Of a stretch of 64,000 nucleotides of DNA, positions 38,291 to 50,143 are shown piece after piece. The notes under the pieces were generated by a model that made no database searches, had not been told where the DNA came from, and saw only the letters and a list, made by a program, of their open reading frames with translations. Position 1 is the first letter of the stretch, and each line of letters begins with the position of its first letter. The stretch spans positions 47,910 through 111,909 of the IMG/VR virus record IMGVR_UViG_3300025626_000006, one strand, 5' to 3'. The DNA comes from a virus. Both the position numbers and the translations under genes were made by a program.

Positions 38291-38879
38291 AGTCCACTCC
38301 CTTCACATTTTTATTAGGGAATACAAATCTCCATTTATGTTTACCTGCCCATATAATCTTCTCAAATCCACTTGGAATTAGAGCACCATCTTGACCTCGT
38401 TCTTCGTAATCAAATATAATGGTTATTTGTACATTGACCTCTTCAAATACTTTTGATAGATTTCTTTCAAATCGTTCCAATTCTTTCCATGGGCCTCTAT
38501 TTAGTGATTCATGTTGGAGTGCACAATTTAGATAGTTAAATGTTTCTTTAAGAGTTTGTTTATCATAACAATTGAAGTTAGCTGCTGGAGCCATATGTCC
38601 TTTGTCATATATGTTATCTTTATAGTCATTATTATCTGACGTATTCCATCCATCTGGTTTCCAAAAGTTCATACCATCTCTACTGATATCACCTTGGTTA
38701 CATAATACTTTATATGTTACTTGAAGAGGTTGTTGGTAGTCTTCTGAATATAAGACTTGGTATAATTCACCTTCGTATAGTCTATTTTCTTGTCCATTAA
38801 GTGTTGTTGCGAACAACATCATGGTATAGAATCCTAATGCGATTCTTAAAAACCAATCTACGCTATTTATTTTTTTCAT
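38268..38879 (-). CDS. Secreted DNA/RNA non-specific endonuclease
   Basis: YDKGHMAPA, TF...N...Q...LNRGPW..LE, with an N-terminal signal/TM segment. Confidence 0.9.
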   Translation of the reverse strand: MKKINSVDWFLRIALGFYTMMLFATTLNGQENRLYEGELYQVLYSEDYQQPLQVTYKVLCNQGDISRDGMNFWKPDGWNTSDNNDYKDNIYDKGHMAPAANFNCYDKQTLKETFNYLNCALQHESLNRGPWKELERFERNLSKVFEEVNVQITIIFDYEERGQDGALIPSGFEKIIWAGKHKWRFVFPNKNVKGVDFGDFREE

Positions 38880-39196
38880 AGGGATAAATTTTCTTCTTTA
38901 ACGAATACTCCGTTAATTGTTTTGCCTTTTCTATTTTCTATTTCGTTGTATGCTAATTGTAAACATTCTGTTGGAGAATATCCCAATTGTTGGCATAATA
39001 TAATAAGAGTAACAAATGAATCACCGATTCCATCTTTGATTTCATCTTCCTTATTTTTCAAAAGTGCTCCAGCAGTTTCACCTACTTCTTCCATCACTTT
39101 CAACATTTGTTTTGGTGCATTCTCTGGTTTATCAATACCTTTTGATATAGCCCAATTTCTTACTTTAATTTCTAAATCGTTAAATGTATTATTCAT
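38876..39196 (-). CDS. MazG-like pyrophosphatase
   Basis: KVMEEVGE...DGIGD..VTL...AYNEI..RKG. Confidence 0.85.
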   Translation of the reverse strand: MNNTFNDLEIKVRNWAISKGIDKPENAPKQMLKVMEEVGETAGALLKNKEDEIKDGIGDSFVTLIILCQQLGYSPTECLQLAYNEIENRKGKTINGVFVKEENLSL

Positions 39197-39371
39197 TTTT
39201 CTCGTTTTTTCTACTTGGTTTTCTACCTGGTCGTTTCTTTACAACATGCGTACCATTCTCAACGTTAGCTAATATCTCTTTAAGTTTAGCTACATTTATT
39301 GGATTCCCACCCATTGCAATGGTATGTTTTAAGTTTTCTACAACTTCATTGTATCGTTCTTTTTTAGTCAT
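39189..39371 (-). CDS. Small basic protein (AT-hook-like end)
   Basis: KKRPGRKP. Confidence 0.4.
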   Translation of the reverse strand: MTKKERYNEVVENLKHTIAMGGNPINVAKLKEILANVENGTHVVKKRPGRKPSRKNEKNE

Positions 39372-39384
39372 TATTTTTCATAAT

Positions 39385-39915
39385 TTATTTTGATATTCCT
39401 TTATAGTATAATTCTTCTTCTAAGTCGATTCTCATCTTATCTAAATTCTCTCTATACTCATCATCTTCCCAAACTCTGTCATAGTCAACCTCATGGTCAA
39501 CTTCTTGATAGTAGGATTTGTTTTGACTATAAAAGAATGCGCCAAATGGCTGAATACCTTCATCTTCAAAATTACCCCAAACCATTGAATCTGAAGCTCT
39601 AGCACATAACCAATCTTTAAGTCTCAATACGAACGCTTCTGGCATATGCCATGCTGAATGTAACATTACACTAATTTGGTCGTCTTCAAAGTTTTCTTCG
39701 GGTTCTTCACAATACATCCACTTTGCACCAAAACATTCTGATGCTTTTGCACCACTATCCCAATCATCTTTAGTATAATCAAAGAATCGTTCTCCTAAGA
39801 CCCCAGTTCCAGTTTCGTAACTACCTGATAATGGAGTTAGCTTCTCATTAAGTTCTTTTAAGGTCTCTTTATCAGTACATTTGATATTTACCCAAGTATA
39901 TACGCTATTAGCCAT
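39385..39915 (-). CDS. DUF1281/YubB ferredoxin-like protein
   Basis: MANSVY...FGAKW...SAWHMP...FEDEG. Start moved to 39915. Confidence 0.6.
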   Translation of the reverse strand: MANSVYTWVNIKCTDKETLKELNEKLTPLSGSYETGTGVLGERFFDYTKDDWDSGAKASECFGAKWMYCEEPEENFEDDQISVMLHSAWHMPEAFVLRLKDWLCARASDSMVWGNFEDEGIQPFGAFFYSQNKSYYQEVDHEVDYDRVWEDDEYRENLDKMRIDLEEELYYKGISK

Positions 39916-40096
39916 GTTTTTGTATTTTCCAATTAAAGGGTTCTCTATTTCTTTGAAATTGTTCCATTGTGTAATCAATATCATTTGTTTCGAATGTCTC
40001 ATAATATGATTCACTCGTTTTACCATATGTGTTAGATAATGGTGATATTTCAACGACTACTTTAGTCTTTGATTTTTCGTTCGAAGTATTCTGCAT
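39908..40096 (-). CDS. Hypothetical protein
   Basis: 62-aa ORF filling the gap once the upstream start is corrected. Confidence 0.45.
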   Translation of the reverse strand: MQNTSNEKSKTKVVVEISPLSNTYGKTSESYYETFETNDIDYTMEQFQRNREPFNWKIQKHG

Positions 40097-40550
40097 CTGT
40101 TAGTATTTGAGGGTTTTGTTTTATTGTTTGCATAGTTATTTTGTCTTTGAGTAAAGTTGTACTCCAACCATGAGCTCTTGACGTATAAATAATCTTTGGT
40201 GGTAAGTCATGACCTGTGAATTTATCTTTACCAATATAATCTTCACCTAAGATTCTTACATCTGGTTTAAAAAACTTAATTAATTCATACAATTCATCTT
40301 CGGTCTGATAAATAAACACCTCATCAACATAACCAATAGCCATCAAAGCTCTATATCTTTCATATAATGGGATAATAGGTTTGTATTTTGATTTTCTATG
40401 TAATGATGGGTCTTTCTGTAAAAATACTATGAAATGGTCACAGTGTTTTTTAGCATCTTCAAATGTGTAGATGTAACCAGGATGAATTATATCAAAGTTT
40501 CCTGCCGTAAATCCTACTACTTTTTTATTTATCGTCTCCACGTTTTCCAA
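40062..40550 (-). CDS. TagD-like cytidylyltransferase
   Basis: GFTAGNFDIIHPGY...YVDEV...ILGEDY...R.HGWSTT. Confidence 0.85.
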   Translation of the reverse strand: MENVETINKKVVGFTAGNFDIIHPGYIYTFEDAKKHCDHFIVFLQKDPSLHRKSKYKPIIPLYERYRALMAIGYVDEVFIYQTEDELYELIKFFKPDVRILGEDYIGKDKFTGHDLPPKIIYTSRAHGWSTTLLKDKITMQTIKQNPQILTDAEYFERKIKD

Positions 40551-41168
40551 TTAATTTAGTTTCTTCTTTTTTTAAGTCTTCGGGCAAATCCTCATTAGCT
40601 ATTATTTGACCCGTCTCATCTTGTACTCTATTTACACAAAATTGACGTTCTTCTGAACCACCAGTTCCCCATAACCATCCAATTGTACCTTTGACTTGTT
40701 TTATTTCACGTTCAATCTTATTTAAATTTCTCTCTAACAATATTGCGTCATTACTATCCATTTCGTATTTAACACCAAATTTACCTGCTAAATCTAACAT
40801 TTCTGCTAAATCTTGTGATTCATACGCGTCTTTTACCGACTGAAACACACTTTCATCTCCACCTGTTTTATCTGGGTGAGTTTTGGTTGCTAATTTCTTA
40901 TACAATGCTTTTACTTTAGTTGGTGCGTTTTTAAGAAGAGCTCTACGTTCTTTTTGTTCTTTATCCTTTTCTGCTCGTTCTCGTTTTGCATTTTCAAAGT
41001 GTATGTTTGGATTTTCAAATTTTATTGTTTTCTTTTTACTTGACACATAATACTTCGAGAAAAACGAATCAAAATCTGAGGTGTACTCGTTCATTGATTC
41101 ATTTATCTCTTCAAGTTCTAATTTTAGATACTCATGTTTTAGTTGAAGTATTTTGAGTTTTCGGTTCA

Positions 41169-41169
<1 letters not shown>
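40525..41169 (-). CDS. J-domain protein
   Basis: LYKKLATKTHPDKTGG...F..VKDAYE. Confidence 0.85.
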
Positions 41170-42773
<1,604 letters not shown>

Positions 42774-43385
42774 TTATTTACCTTTTTTATTTATTTGTTT
42801 TTCTTTTGCTTTTTTAATTTGTTCTGCTCTCCATTGAGGTTGTTTACCACGAAGGTTTCCACGCAGATTGTGGAAACAATTGTAACACAAAAATCTTAGA
42901 TTCTCTTTTAAATGATTTGTCCAATCATCGTCTTTATGGTCAAGAATCAAAGGAATTGTATCATCAGTAACACGTTTTTCGTCATACCCACAACAATGAC
43001 ATTTATGTGGGAAATCTAATTCTTCTTTATGTGAATTGTTTATTAATCTTTTTTTAAGTAGAAATACAGGATATGATGGATGTTTACCTGTTAGTATATC
43101 TATTAGAGAATATTTACCTTGAGTTAGATTGTATGGTTTTTTAACACCCTTACCTTTCTGATTCTTATGTAAATCCCAAAGAGTTTTACCAGTTGTCTCA
43201 TCTTTATATAACTTAGAATATTTCTGATATGTAGTTAAGGACACGTTTAGGAATCTGGCACCACCTGAGTTTGATTTTGAGTTCTTCATAGCGTATCTAA
43301 TCTGAGACTCTGTCAAATTCAAAGGAGTTCTACCTTTTCCTAATACATAACCATTTGGTAATTTATGACCTTTTTTCATATCCAT
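42774..43385 (-). CDS. HNH endonuclease (possible homing nuclease)
   Basis: CHCCG...LILDHKD...N...NLRFLCYNC. Confidence 0.8.
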   Translation of the reverse strand: MDMKKGHKLPNGYVLGKGRTPLNLTESQIRYAMKNSKSNSGGARFLNVSLTTYQKYSKLYKDETTGKTLWDLHKNQKGKGVKKPYNLTQGKYSLIDILTGKHPSYPVFLLKKRLINNSHKEELDFPHKCHCCGYDEKRVTDDTIPLILDHKDDDWTNHLKENLRFLCYNCFHNLRGNLRGKQPQWRAEQIKKAKEKQINKKGK

Positions 43386-43403
43386 TTATATATAAGTATC
43401 TAC

Positions 43404-43631
43404 TTATCCGTATTTTTGTACTATACTATCTAAAAATTGAAAATCTTTATAGGATAACGTTACTCTATCGTTCAATACTTTATTACTTATTGTTAACAAT
43501 CTTTTTTTATCACGCCAAGCCATAATCCCTTTAATATGTTTAGGGTTCTTGTATACAATGTCAGTACATACTTTTATCATACGTTTATGTCTACTTAACT
43601 CTAAAACTACAAAATTAGACTTCATTTCCAA
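43404..43631 (-). CDS. Hypothetical protein
   Basis: 75-aa ORF. Confidence 0.4.
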   Translation of the reverse strand: MEMKSNFVVLELSRHKRMIKVCTDIVYKNPKHIKGIMAWRDKKRLLTISNKVLNDRVTLSYKDFQFLDSIVQKYG

Positions 43632-44029
43632 AATATTTGAACTGATAATAATAACACTGCCAATCCTAATGATACTGCTACTTTGGGTGTTACTCCTTGA
43701 TTAAAGAAATAAGATAAGCCTAAAGCGTATACTACCATTCCTACTGCAAATCCTGTAAATCTAGCTGACCACATGACTCCATCAAATCCCATAACAGTAT
43801 ACTTAGTACCCCATATATACATAAATGATATAGGTACACCAGCAATTGCTAACCACATTGGATTATCTTTGAACCAATCCCACTTGAATTGACCATTTAA
43901 CTGAAAGAATACAGCTATGTGACCACACAAGAAAAAGAATATACCTAATAATAGATTTCTACTCATTCTCATATGCTTTAGGAGAGGGTAGATTTGAATA
44001 GTAACACCATTCAGCATAATTAGCATCAT
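43622..44029 (-). CDS. Four-TM membrane protein (SMR/DMT-like)
   Basis: Four hydrophobic helices; the true start is probably near MSRNLL. Confidence 0.55.
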   Translation of the reverse strand: MMLIMLNGVTIQIYPLLKHMRMSRNLLLGIFFFLCGHIAVFFQLNGQFKWDWFKDNPMWLAIAGVPISFMYIWGTKYTVMGFDGVMWSARFTGFAVGMVVYALGLSYFFNQGVTPKVAVSLGLAVLLLSVQIFWK

Positions 44030-44098
44030 ACTCTGAATCAGCTAATACATCATTACCCTTCTGCATTTCATCGTCAATTAATCTTTTAGTAAAACTCA

Positions 44099-44392
44099 TT
44101 ACGATAATCTGATTAAGATTTCATGTTCTCTATATAGATTGTATTTTTCACCATCTAATTTTAACTGAGTACCAGTATTTGGAACGATAACAATATCACC
44201 CACATTTAATAACATAGGTATTTTAGTACCATTAGCAGTATAAATACCTTGACCAATGGCGATTACCTCACCCTTCATCTGTTCTTTACTTGACTCTGGT
44301 TTATATAAACCACCCTTAGTTTTTTCTTCCTCTTTAACCACTTTGATTAAAACATGGTCGTTTAGAGGTTCATACATTACGTTTTTTGCCAT
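44099..44392 (-). CDS. groES: Co-chaperonin GroES
   Basis: PLNDHVLIK...KTKGGL, GEVIAIGQG, VGDIV. Confidence 0.93.
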   Translation of the reverse strand: MAKNVMYEPLNDHVLIKVVKEEEKTKGGLYKPESSKEQMKGEVIAIGQGIYTANGTKIPMLLNVGDIVIVPNTGTQLKLDGEKYNLYREHEILIRLS

Positions 44393-44411
44393 AACTTTTC
44401 TTATATTTGTT

Positions 44412-44445
44412 TACTAATATACAACTTTTATTTGGATTTACCAAA
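44412..44445 (-). promoter_or_regulatory. Sigma-A-type promoter for groES
   Basis: TTTG-N20-TATATTAG. Confidence 0.7.
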
Positions 44446-44700
44446 TTTATTTTGGGTTTGTATAAAACTATTTTCCCACTTTATTAAATCACACTTCCTT
44501 ACATACCTCTTACTTCCGAGATTAATTAAAGGTAACCCCTTCTCTTCTTCCCATTTGTTTATGGTAATTCTATCAACCCCATATAATATTTGGAGTTCTT
44601 GTTTTGAAATTCTTGGTTCAAAATCAATATGAGTTTCTATTGGTTTTTTCCTTAACTGACCACTAGCAGTCTTTTGTTGAAGTCGTTTTCTACTCGCCAT
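44428..44700 (-). CDS. Excisionase/MerR-like HTH protein
   Basis: SKQELQILYGVDRITINKWE...GLP...G.KRY. Confidence 0.7.
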   Translation of the reverse strand: MASRKRLQQKTASGQLRKKPIETHIDFEPRISKQELQILYGVDRITINKWEEEKGLPLINLGSKRYVRKCDLIKWENSFIQTQNKFGKSK

Positions 44701-44957
44701 AACTATTTTTGTTTTTCATTTCTCTTTGGTGTTAAAGGTTATATGTCTCTACATACAAATTGATGGATAAACCCATCTTTATATGCTTAAACTCTTATTA
44801 ATGGTGTAAATAAGCACCATTAAATGTTATTTCATTATGATGTGAAATCCTTTTCTCATTTCTTTTCTTTTTACAACCACCACATTTTTTAAGATATGCT
44901 GCGTTTAAAGACCCACATCCGCAAGTCCAAATATTATCTACATACCAATTTGGCGGC

Positions 44958-45203
44958 TTATTTTTCATTTCTACTTATTATTCCTAAAAGATTATTTAAA
45001 TCTTCAAATTCTTGAAATCTTATGTCCGATTCCATAATCGATACTTCTATTCCATCACGTTCCCAATCATCTGAATCATTGGAAATAAATTCTACACCAC
45101 CAACTTCTCGTGAATAATAAAACCAATCTGTTTCACTACCACTATTGGCTGCCGTTTCATCGTACCTGTTAAATCCAAGTTCGATTAAGTCATTTTCTGA
45201 CAT
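44958..45203 (-). CDS. Hypothetical protein
   Basis: 81-aa ORF. Confidence 0.45.
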   Translation of the reverse strand: MSENDLIELGFNRYDETAANSGSETDWFYYSREVGGVEFISNDSDDWERDGIEVSIMESDIRFQEFEDLNNLLGIISRNEK

Positions 45204-45213
45204 TGAGTTCTCC

Positions 45214-45414
45214 TTATCTAATTATTTTAAGGTTTTTTACACCATCACAATCTAAACAAAACTCTGTATCTATTCGTCCCCTTACACAAGAATCATGTTC
45301 CCACAACTCAACTGTATTTGTCGAACCACACTCACACTTTGAGCCAGTACATTTCTTATGAAGATACTTTTTTAACTTTGGGTTACTAACCCACTCTTCT
45401 TTTAAATATATCAT
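45214..45414 (-). CDS. Small zinc-ribbon protein
   Basis: CECGS...FCLDC. Confidence 0.5.
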   Translation of the reverse strand: MIYLKEEWVSNPKLKKYLHKKCTGSKCECGSTNTVELWEHDSCVRGRIDTEFCLDCDGVKNLKIIR

Positions 45415-45416
45415 AA

Positions 45417-45773
45417 TTATATTTTAAGGTCAGAAAACCCACTATTTTTTTCAACTGAAATACCAACAGCTCTTTTTTCATTAGGATTTTTGTCTGATTT
45501 ATTGTTTATTAGGATTCTCTCAGCTCTACCGATACCCATCACCAATTGGTGAAATGGAATTCCTAAGATATCCATTTCTTGGATAGTAATATCTCTTAAG
45601 GATTCGGGTCTAGCAGTAGTCAACACAATGTGATGACCTTCGTTGAACCAACCAACCATCTTATCAACAACGCCAGGTAGGGCTTTTGAAAGATTAGGGT
45701 CGAGGTTTTCGAATTGCACTTGGTGGACTAAAGTCCCATCGATGTCTGTGAAAATTGTTTTCTGTTTTATCAT
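45417..45773 (-). CDS. HAD-family phosphatase-like protein
   Basis: FTDIDGTL...LTTAR. Confidence 0.75.
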   Translation of the reverse strand: MIKQKTIFTDIDGTLVHQVQFENLDPNLSKALPGVVDKMVGWFNEGHHIVLTTARPESLRDITIQEMDILGIPFHQLVMGIGRAERILINNKSDKNPNEKRAVGISVEKNSGFSDLKI

Positions 45774-45812
45774 AGATTAATTAAAGGGTTAAACACTCAC
45801 TCATTATTACAG

Positions 45813-45880
45813 TACTAATATACGAATTTTTATTGAATTTACCAAATTTTAATGTTAAGAAATTGTTAAATTTTTGTTAA
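45813..45880 (-). promoter_or_regulatory. Repeated promoter with three TTAACA boxes
   Basis: Three TTAACA at 11-bp pitch; TTTG-N20-TATATTAG. Confidence 0.8.
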
Positions 45881-46547
45881 AGTTTTGAGTATGGAATCCT
45901 ACAAAGTTAGGAAGTTCATGCTCTGGATTACGATGGTAATCTCCAATATTTTTAGTAGAATATACACAAGCATATAATCGTCTTGGTTTATTTGACGTAT
46001 TTTCAGAAGACCTGTGTAATGTATTACCTTCAATAGCTACTATGTCACCAGCTGAAGGATAAAGTTTTTCCCACTCTCCATTTGATGTGTTACATAATTC
46101 TAATGTTCCTGACTCATCTGTAAAATCATCCAATATCCACGAAAAGTTAATTGTTTTATATATACCATTTCTTGACTCATGTAAATCAGGACCATATTGG
46201 TTATCAAAATGTTCGTTAAATTGAAACTCTTCATTTGGTAATTTTACAACAACTTGGTCGTTAAATAAGAAAACATTAGGTGTATTTAGATAATATGAAG
46301 ACAAGTCATACATAAAATTATCAGTATAACATTTTAGTAGTCTTGAATTTAGACTACTCGCCATTTCAATACCACCCCACCATTGACCAGTACCAGCATC
46401 ATATCGTTGTAAACCAATCACACCTTTTTTTACCAAATGATTTTTCATATGTAAAGTTTCTACTTGTGATATTTTTAACAAATCAGCTGGTATTACATTT
46501 TTTAAATGAATGTAACCTTGTGAATTAAATGTTTCTAAGTTTTTCAA
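45855..46547 (-). CDS. PhyH-family 2OG-Fe(II) dioxygenase
   Basis: DQVVVK, HFD, LDD...GTL, AGD...G...HRS..N....RR. Confidence 0.85.
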   Translation of the reverse strand: MKNLETFNSQGYIHLKNVIPADLLKISQVETLHMKNHLVKKGVIGLQRYDAGTGQWWGGIEMASSLNSRLLKCYTDNFMYDLSSYYLNTPNVFLFNDQVVVKLPNEEFQFNEHFDNQYGPDLHESRNGIYKTINFSWILDDFTDESGTLELCNTSNGEWEKLYPSAGDIVAIEGNTLHRSSENTSNKPRRLYACVYSTKNIGDYHRNPEHELPNFVGFHTQNFNKNLTIS

Positions 46548-47179
46548 TATACTTGTTCTTGACGATTATCAACCCAACTAAATAATCTAGAGTCTTCTAC
46601 ATCATGAAGTACTACACACTTTTCATCCAATGGGTCATCATTGTAAAAGTATCTATGACCAAACAAAGCAATATCTGTACCCATCTCTGAAATCATGATA
46701 TCACTAAATACTTTACACCCATTAGCCCAATTTATGTTATCATATGTACTTAATGCTAAATCTACTGCTCTCGAATCACGAGCACTTCCATAAACTGTAC
46801 AATCTATTAATGTATTGTTACTTTGACTTGGTTTTAGTCCTGAAAAGAATGTGTGTTCTGGATGTAACTCTTTTAGAATCATATCAAATGGTCTAATCGG
46901 TTTAGCGTCTACATCACAATAAACACCACCATAGTCTCTAAGTAAAAGTAATCTTACCCTGTCACAAATAAAAGCCCATTTGAATAATTCAGGGTCTTTA
47001 AGGTAGTTTTGTAAAAATGGGTCGTCTTTGTAAAGGTCAAATACCTCATTACCCCAAAGTTTAACATCCCAATATGGATGTAACTTTTTCATCAAGTCTA
47101 CATATTCTTGACAATGTTCTGGAATAGGGTTATCACCTACCCATAGTTGGTGAATGATTTTGGGAATTTTAGTATTCAT
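46544..47179 (-). CDS. Glycosyltransferase (GT32, DXD type)
   Basis: IPKIIHQLW...DRVRL..L..YGGVYCDVD. Confidence 0.9.
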   Translation of the reverse strand: MNTKIPKIIHQLWVGDNPIPEHCQEYVDLMKKLHPYWDVKLWGNEVFDLYKDDPFLQNYLKDPELFKWAFICDRVRLLLLRDYGGVYCDVDAKPIRPFDMILKELHPEHTFFSGLKPSQSNNTLIDCTVYGSARDSRAVDLALSTYDNINWANGCKVFSDIMISEMGTDIALFGHRYFYNDDPLDEKCVVLHDVEDSRLFSWVDNRQEQVY

Positions 47180-47225
47180 ATATAACTGTGTTTGTATTCT
47201 ACTATAAGTATTAAAAATAAATTAA

Positions 47226-47441
47226 TCAAATTGATAGGTGACTTAATTTTTCATGAAGACGTTTCATATGTTTACAAGGTGAGTGTCTATTGAACTCCCT
47301 TGCTTTACATTCACACTCTGATATCCTATAATCGGTAACAGTTACATCATAATACGATAGTTTTCCGGTCTTTTTATTCCTACTACCCATTTCTCTATAC
47401 TGCCATTTACTACCCTTTGGCATTGTAAATATACTATTCAT
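47226..47441 (-). CDS. SWIM zinc-finger protein
   Basis: CECK.......PCKH. Confidence 0.75.
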   Translation of the reverse strand: MNSIFTMPKGSKWQYREMGSRNKKTGKLSYYDVTVTDYRISECECKAREFNRHSPCKHMKRLHEKLSHLSI

Positions 47442-47730
47442 TTTCGTTATTAATTAGTTCATACAATTTTTCAGTACTTAAAACTGATGGTTCACTCCAT
47501 TTAAGTTCATGGTCACGATACTCAAACTTCTCAGCAATAGTTGATTGAGCCTCAACCATTTTTGTTAGATGTTTTACTAAATCATTAGAATACAACAACA
47601 CATCCGAATTGACTTCGATTTCGAACTCATGACCACCTTTCGGTTTCCAATGTGGAACTTCACCGAACCCCTCGGGCCCAACGTTATAGTTTTCGAAATA
47701 CTGACAACCTACGATTAATTTACAATCCAT
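47434..47730 (-). CDS. Hypothetical phage protein (ENY...HWKPKGG)
   Basis: Q..ENY...WKPKGG pattern recalled from other phages. Confidence 0.55.
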   Translation of the reverse strand: MDCKLIVGCQYFENYNVGPEGFGEVPHWKPKGGHEFEIEVNSDVLLYSNDLVKHLTKMVEAQSTIAEKFEYRDHELKWSEPSVLSTEKLYELINNENE

Positions 47731-47735
47731 AATTT

Positions 47736-47933
47736 TTATTTTAATCCAATTATTAATTTTTTATAGTCTACTGATATTAGTCCAAGGACACCAAGTACTA
47801 AACCTAATACACAAAATGCCATTTCATTTAGAACATCAGAGAAGTGGATATATTGTTGGATAGTTCCACTCATAGTTAAGTATCCTAATCCAAATCCTAA
47901 TATTGTCAAGATGATTGATTGATAATTTTTCAT
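47736..47933 (-). CDS. Small membrane protein
   Basis: Two TM helices. Confidence 0.5.
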   Translation of the reverse strand: MKNYQSIILTILGFGLGYLTMSGTIQQYIHFSDVLNEMAFCVLGLVLGVLGLISVDYKKLIIGLK

Positions 47934-47943
47934 AATTTATATC

Positions 47944-48552
47944 TTAAAGGTTTAATGATAATTTAACGTTATTGAATTCTTTATCGGTCATATACGTTTT
48001 GTTCATACTTAACCAACCACCAGCTTTCTTAACCATACTCATATAATGTTCATAGTTTGGATTTTCAGAAGTCATACTTTTGAAGTTATTATATTCATTC
48101 ATCCAATACTCAACTGAACCCCATTGTGGAGCGTTTTTTACGAAAACATATGAAGGGAAGTATTTTAATGGAGTATTGTTATCGGTAGTTTTTGTACCTT
48201 CATTGTACTCATAGATATCTTCCATACCATTGAACGAACCAGCTTTGAACTGATTACCAAACTCTGAAATCATTTCATATACATTCTGTTCAATTTCTGA
48301 ACCATCTAAATTAGATAGAGAAACATCAACTGAAGAACCACCACTATATGTTTGTGATTTACTCCAAACCTTAATATCAGGAAAGTTTTTCTTTACATAT
48401 TGTTTGATGATTGAGGCGGTATGTTTAGCACTCATATGGATGTAAGTTTCTTCATTCCATTGGGAATCTTTTTTCAACTTCAACGCCGAAATTGGTAATT
48501 GATACTCTTCACCTAAAATCGTTAACTTAATTTTTTTACTCATTTTATTCAT
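47944..48552 (-). CDS. LPD29-like protein
   Basis: IKQYVKKNFP.IK...YSGGSSVDV...GSFNGMEDIYEY. Confidence 0.65.
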   Translation of the reverse strand: MNKMSKKIKLTILGEEYQLPISALKLKKDSQWNEETYIHMSAKHTASIIKQYVKKNFPDIKVWSKSQTYSGGSSVDVSLSNLDGSEIEQNVYEMISEFGNQFKAGSFNGMEDIYEYNEGTKTTDNNTPLKYFPSYVFVKNAPQWGSVEYWMNEYNNFKSMTSENPNYEHYMSMVKKAGGWLSMNKTYMTDKEFNNVKLSLNL

Positions 48553-48594
48553 TTTTTAATTATTAGTGGATTAAACTCTCAACCCTTATTACAC

Positions 48595-48652
48595 TACTAA
48601 TATAGTGATAATATTTGAAACTACCAAACTTTTAATGTTAAGAAATTGTTAA
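48595..48652 (-). promoter_or_regulatory. Repeated promoter with TTAACA boxes
   Basis: TTAACAATTTCTTAACA...TTTG-N20-TATATTAG. Confidence 0.8.
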
Positions 48653-49102
48653 ATCTTCAGTTACCATTTCGTTCTCTTTGTAAGCCATTGAAGCCCAACT
48701 CGTAGCATTAACTGATTTGTATTGTTCGTTAGAATAAAGGTTGGTGTTGTAGAACATACCATTGATGTGACCTACATTCAAATCAATCAATATAGATTCA
48801 TCGATTAGTTTAACCTTCTTACCTGTTCTACTAAAGATGGTTAACCAAAAGTTACAACCTTCAGGTTTGAATTGAACAGTTTGGAGAACACCTTTCTTAT
48901 AGCCGGTGATTGTGGATGAAGGATGTTCACACATTCGTGGATTATCGAAATCTCTAGCATCAACACAAGTCATACCTAATTTCGTTTTAACTATATGTCG
49001 GAACTCACCACTACCATATTGGGAAAGGATATCTACTAACATCATATCGGAATTACCGATGATTTTTAAAAGGGGATTGTTAATCTTTCTTTGGATATTC
49101 AT
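48638..49102 (-). CDS. Hypothetical protein
   Basis: 154-aa ORF ending LTIS inside the promoter repeat. Confidence 0.5.
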   Translation of the reverse strand: MNIQRKINNPLLKIIGNSDMMLVDILSQYGSGEFRHIVKTKLGMTCVDARDFDNPRMCEHPSSTITGYKKGVLQTVQFKPEGCNFWLTIFSRTGKKVKLIDESILIDLNVGHINGMFYNTNLYSNEQYKSVNATSWASMAYKENEMVTEDLTIS

Positions 49103-49105
49103 TTC

Positions 49106-49378
49106 TTATTTGTTTAAGGTTATCATTGATAATGGAACATTGTATGAACCATATCCGTTCAACACGCTGATTACACATTTAGTTCTGTTGATTTTCTCAA
49201 CTCTACATTGTTTACCTTTTAACTTTGGGTGATTAACTGAAACATTAGCTCCAACATATAGAGATTGTTTTGTTTCGTAACCAACCATAGACTTTTTACT
49301 TTTGATAACATCAATTATCATGGAGTTAAGATTTCTCAACTCATCGATGTTCATTTCATTTAATTTTGAATAATTCAT
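49106..49378 (-). CDS. KOW/SH3-like protein
   Basis: LYVGANV...VEKINRTK..I......YNVP. Confidence 0.55.
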   Translation of the reverse strand: MNYSKLNEMNIDELRNLNSMIIDVIKSKKSMVGYETKQSLYVGANVSVNHPKLKGKQCRVEKINRTKCVISVLNGYGSYNVPLSMITLNK

Positions 49379-49422
49379 AATTTTTACTTTTTATTTTTGA
49401 TTAGACTCTCACTCATTAACTA

Positions 49423-49491
49423 TACTAAAGTACGACAATTAATTGAGAATTCCAAATAAAAAGTGTTAAAGTTTTGTTAAAGTTATTAACA
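49423..49491 (-). promoter_or_regulatory. Repeated promoter with TTAACA boxes
   Basis: TTTG-N20-TACTTTAG; leader shared with the 22543-22570 segment. Confidence 0.8.
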
Positions 49492-49492
49492 A

Positions 49493-50143
49493 TTATGAAC
49501 GATGTTTAAATCCAGCTGGTAATGGTGTTTGAGTTTCCCACATATCAATAACTTCATACTTATCATATCCAAATTGTATATAATCGTCTTTGAATTTAGT
49601 ATAACACAAATTTCTTAGTTCATCTTTATTGAATATTCTATTGGCTGGTAATATGGTTTTACCAATTGATGGTACATCAGTAAGAGTTACTGATTTCATA
49701 AATGGTAAAGTTAATAAGTCAAGCTTGAGTGTTTCAGCTCCGATGACAAAGTCAATTCGTTTATTAGTATTTCTGATAAGATTCCACAAACCCCATCCAT
49801 TAATCCAATCATCACTCATAGCTTCTAAACACTCTATTGGAGTGTGTTTTTCAGGATCAATCATTTCATGTTCTTCACCACCCAACCCATACTTGTAATA
49901 ACTTAGCCATCTGTAATATGGGTGTCGTATACTCGCAATATGAATGTAATCATCACCTGCTTCTTCAGGCCAATTGTTTACATGAGTAAAATTGGATGGG
50001 TGTTCATCAGAAGGCCAATCGGGATTTAAATCACAATGTTCTATAAAAATATCTCGGACAGACCTTGATGCTACCTTGGCAGGAGCAGTCCATACGAATT
50101 TACACTTGTGACTTATATTAGCCCCTCGTTTTGCAAAGTCCAT
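49493..50143 (-). CDS. Sulfotransferase family 2-like protein
   Basis: AKVASRSV (5'-PSB), IRHPY.RWLSYY (3'-PB), DFVIG.ETL..D, D...FGY. Confidence 0.7.
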   Translation of the reverse strand: MDFAKRGANISHKCKFVWTAPAKVASRSVRDIFIEHCDLNPDWPSDEHPSNFTHVNNWPEEAGDDYIHIASIRHPYYRWLSYYKYGLGGEEHEMIDPEKHTPIECLEAMSDDWINGWGLWNLIRNTNKRIDFVIGAETLKLDLLTLPFMKSVTLTDVPSIGKTILPANRIFNKDELRNLCYTKFKDDYIQFGYDKYEVIDMWETQTPLPAGFKHRS

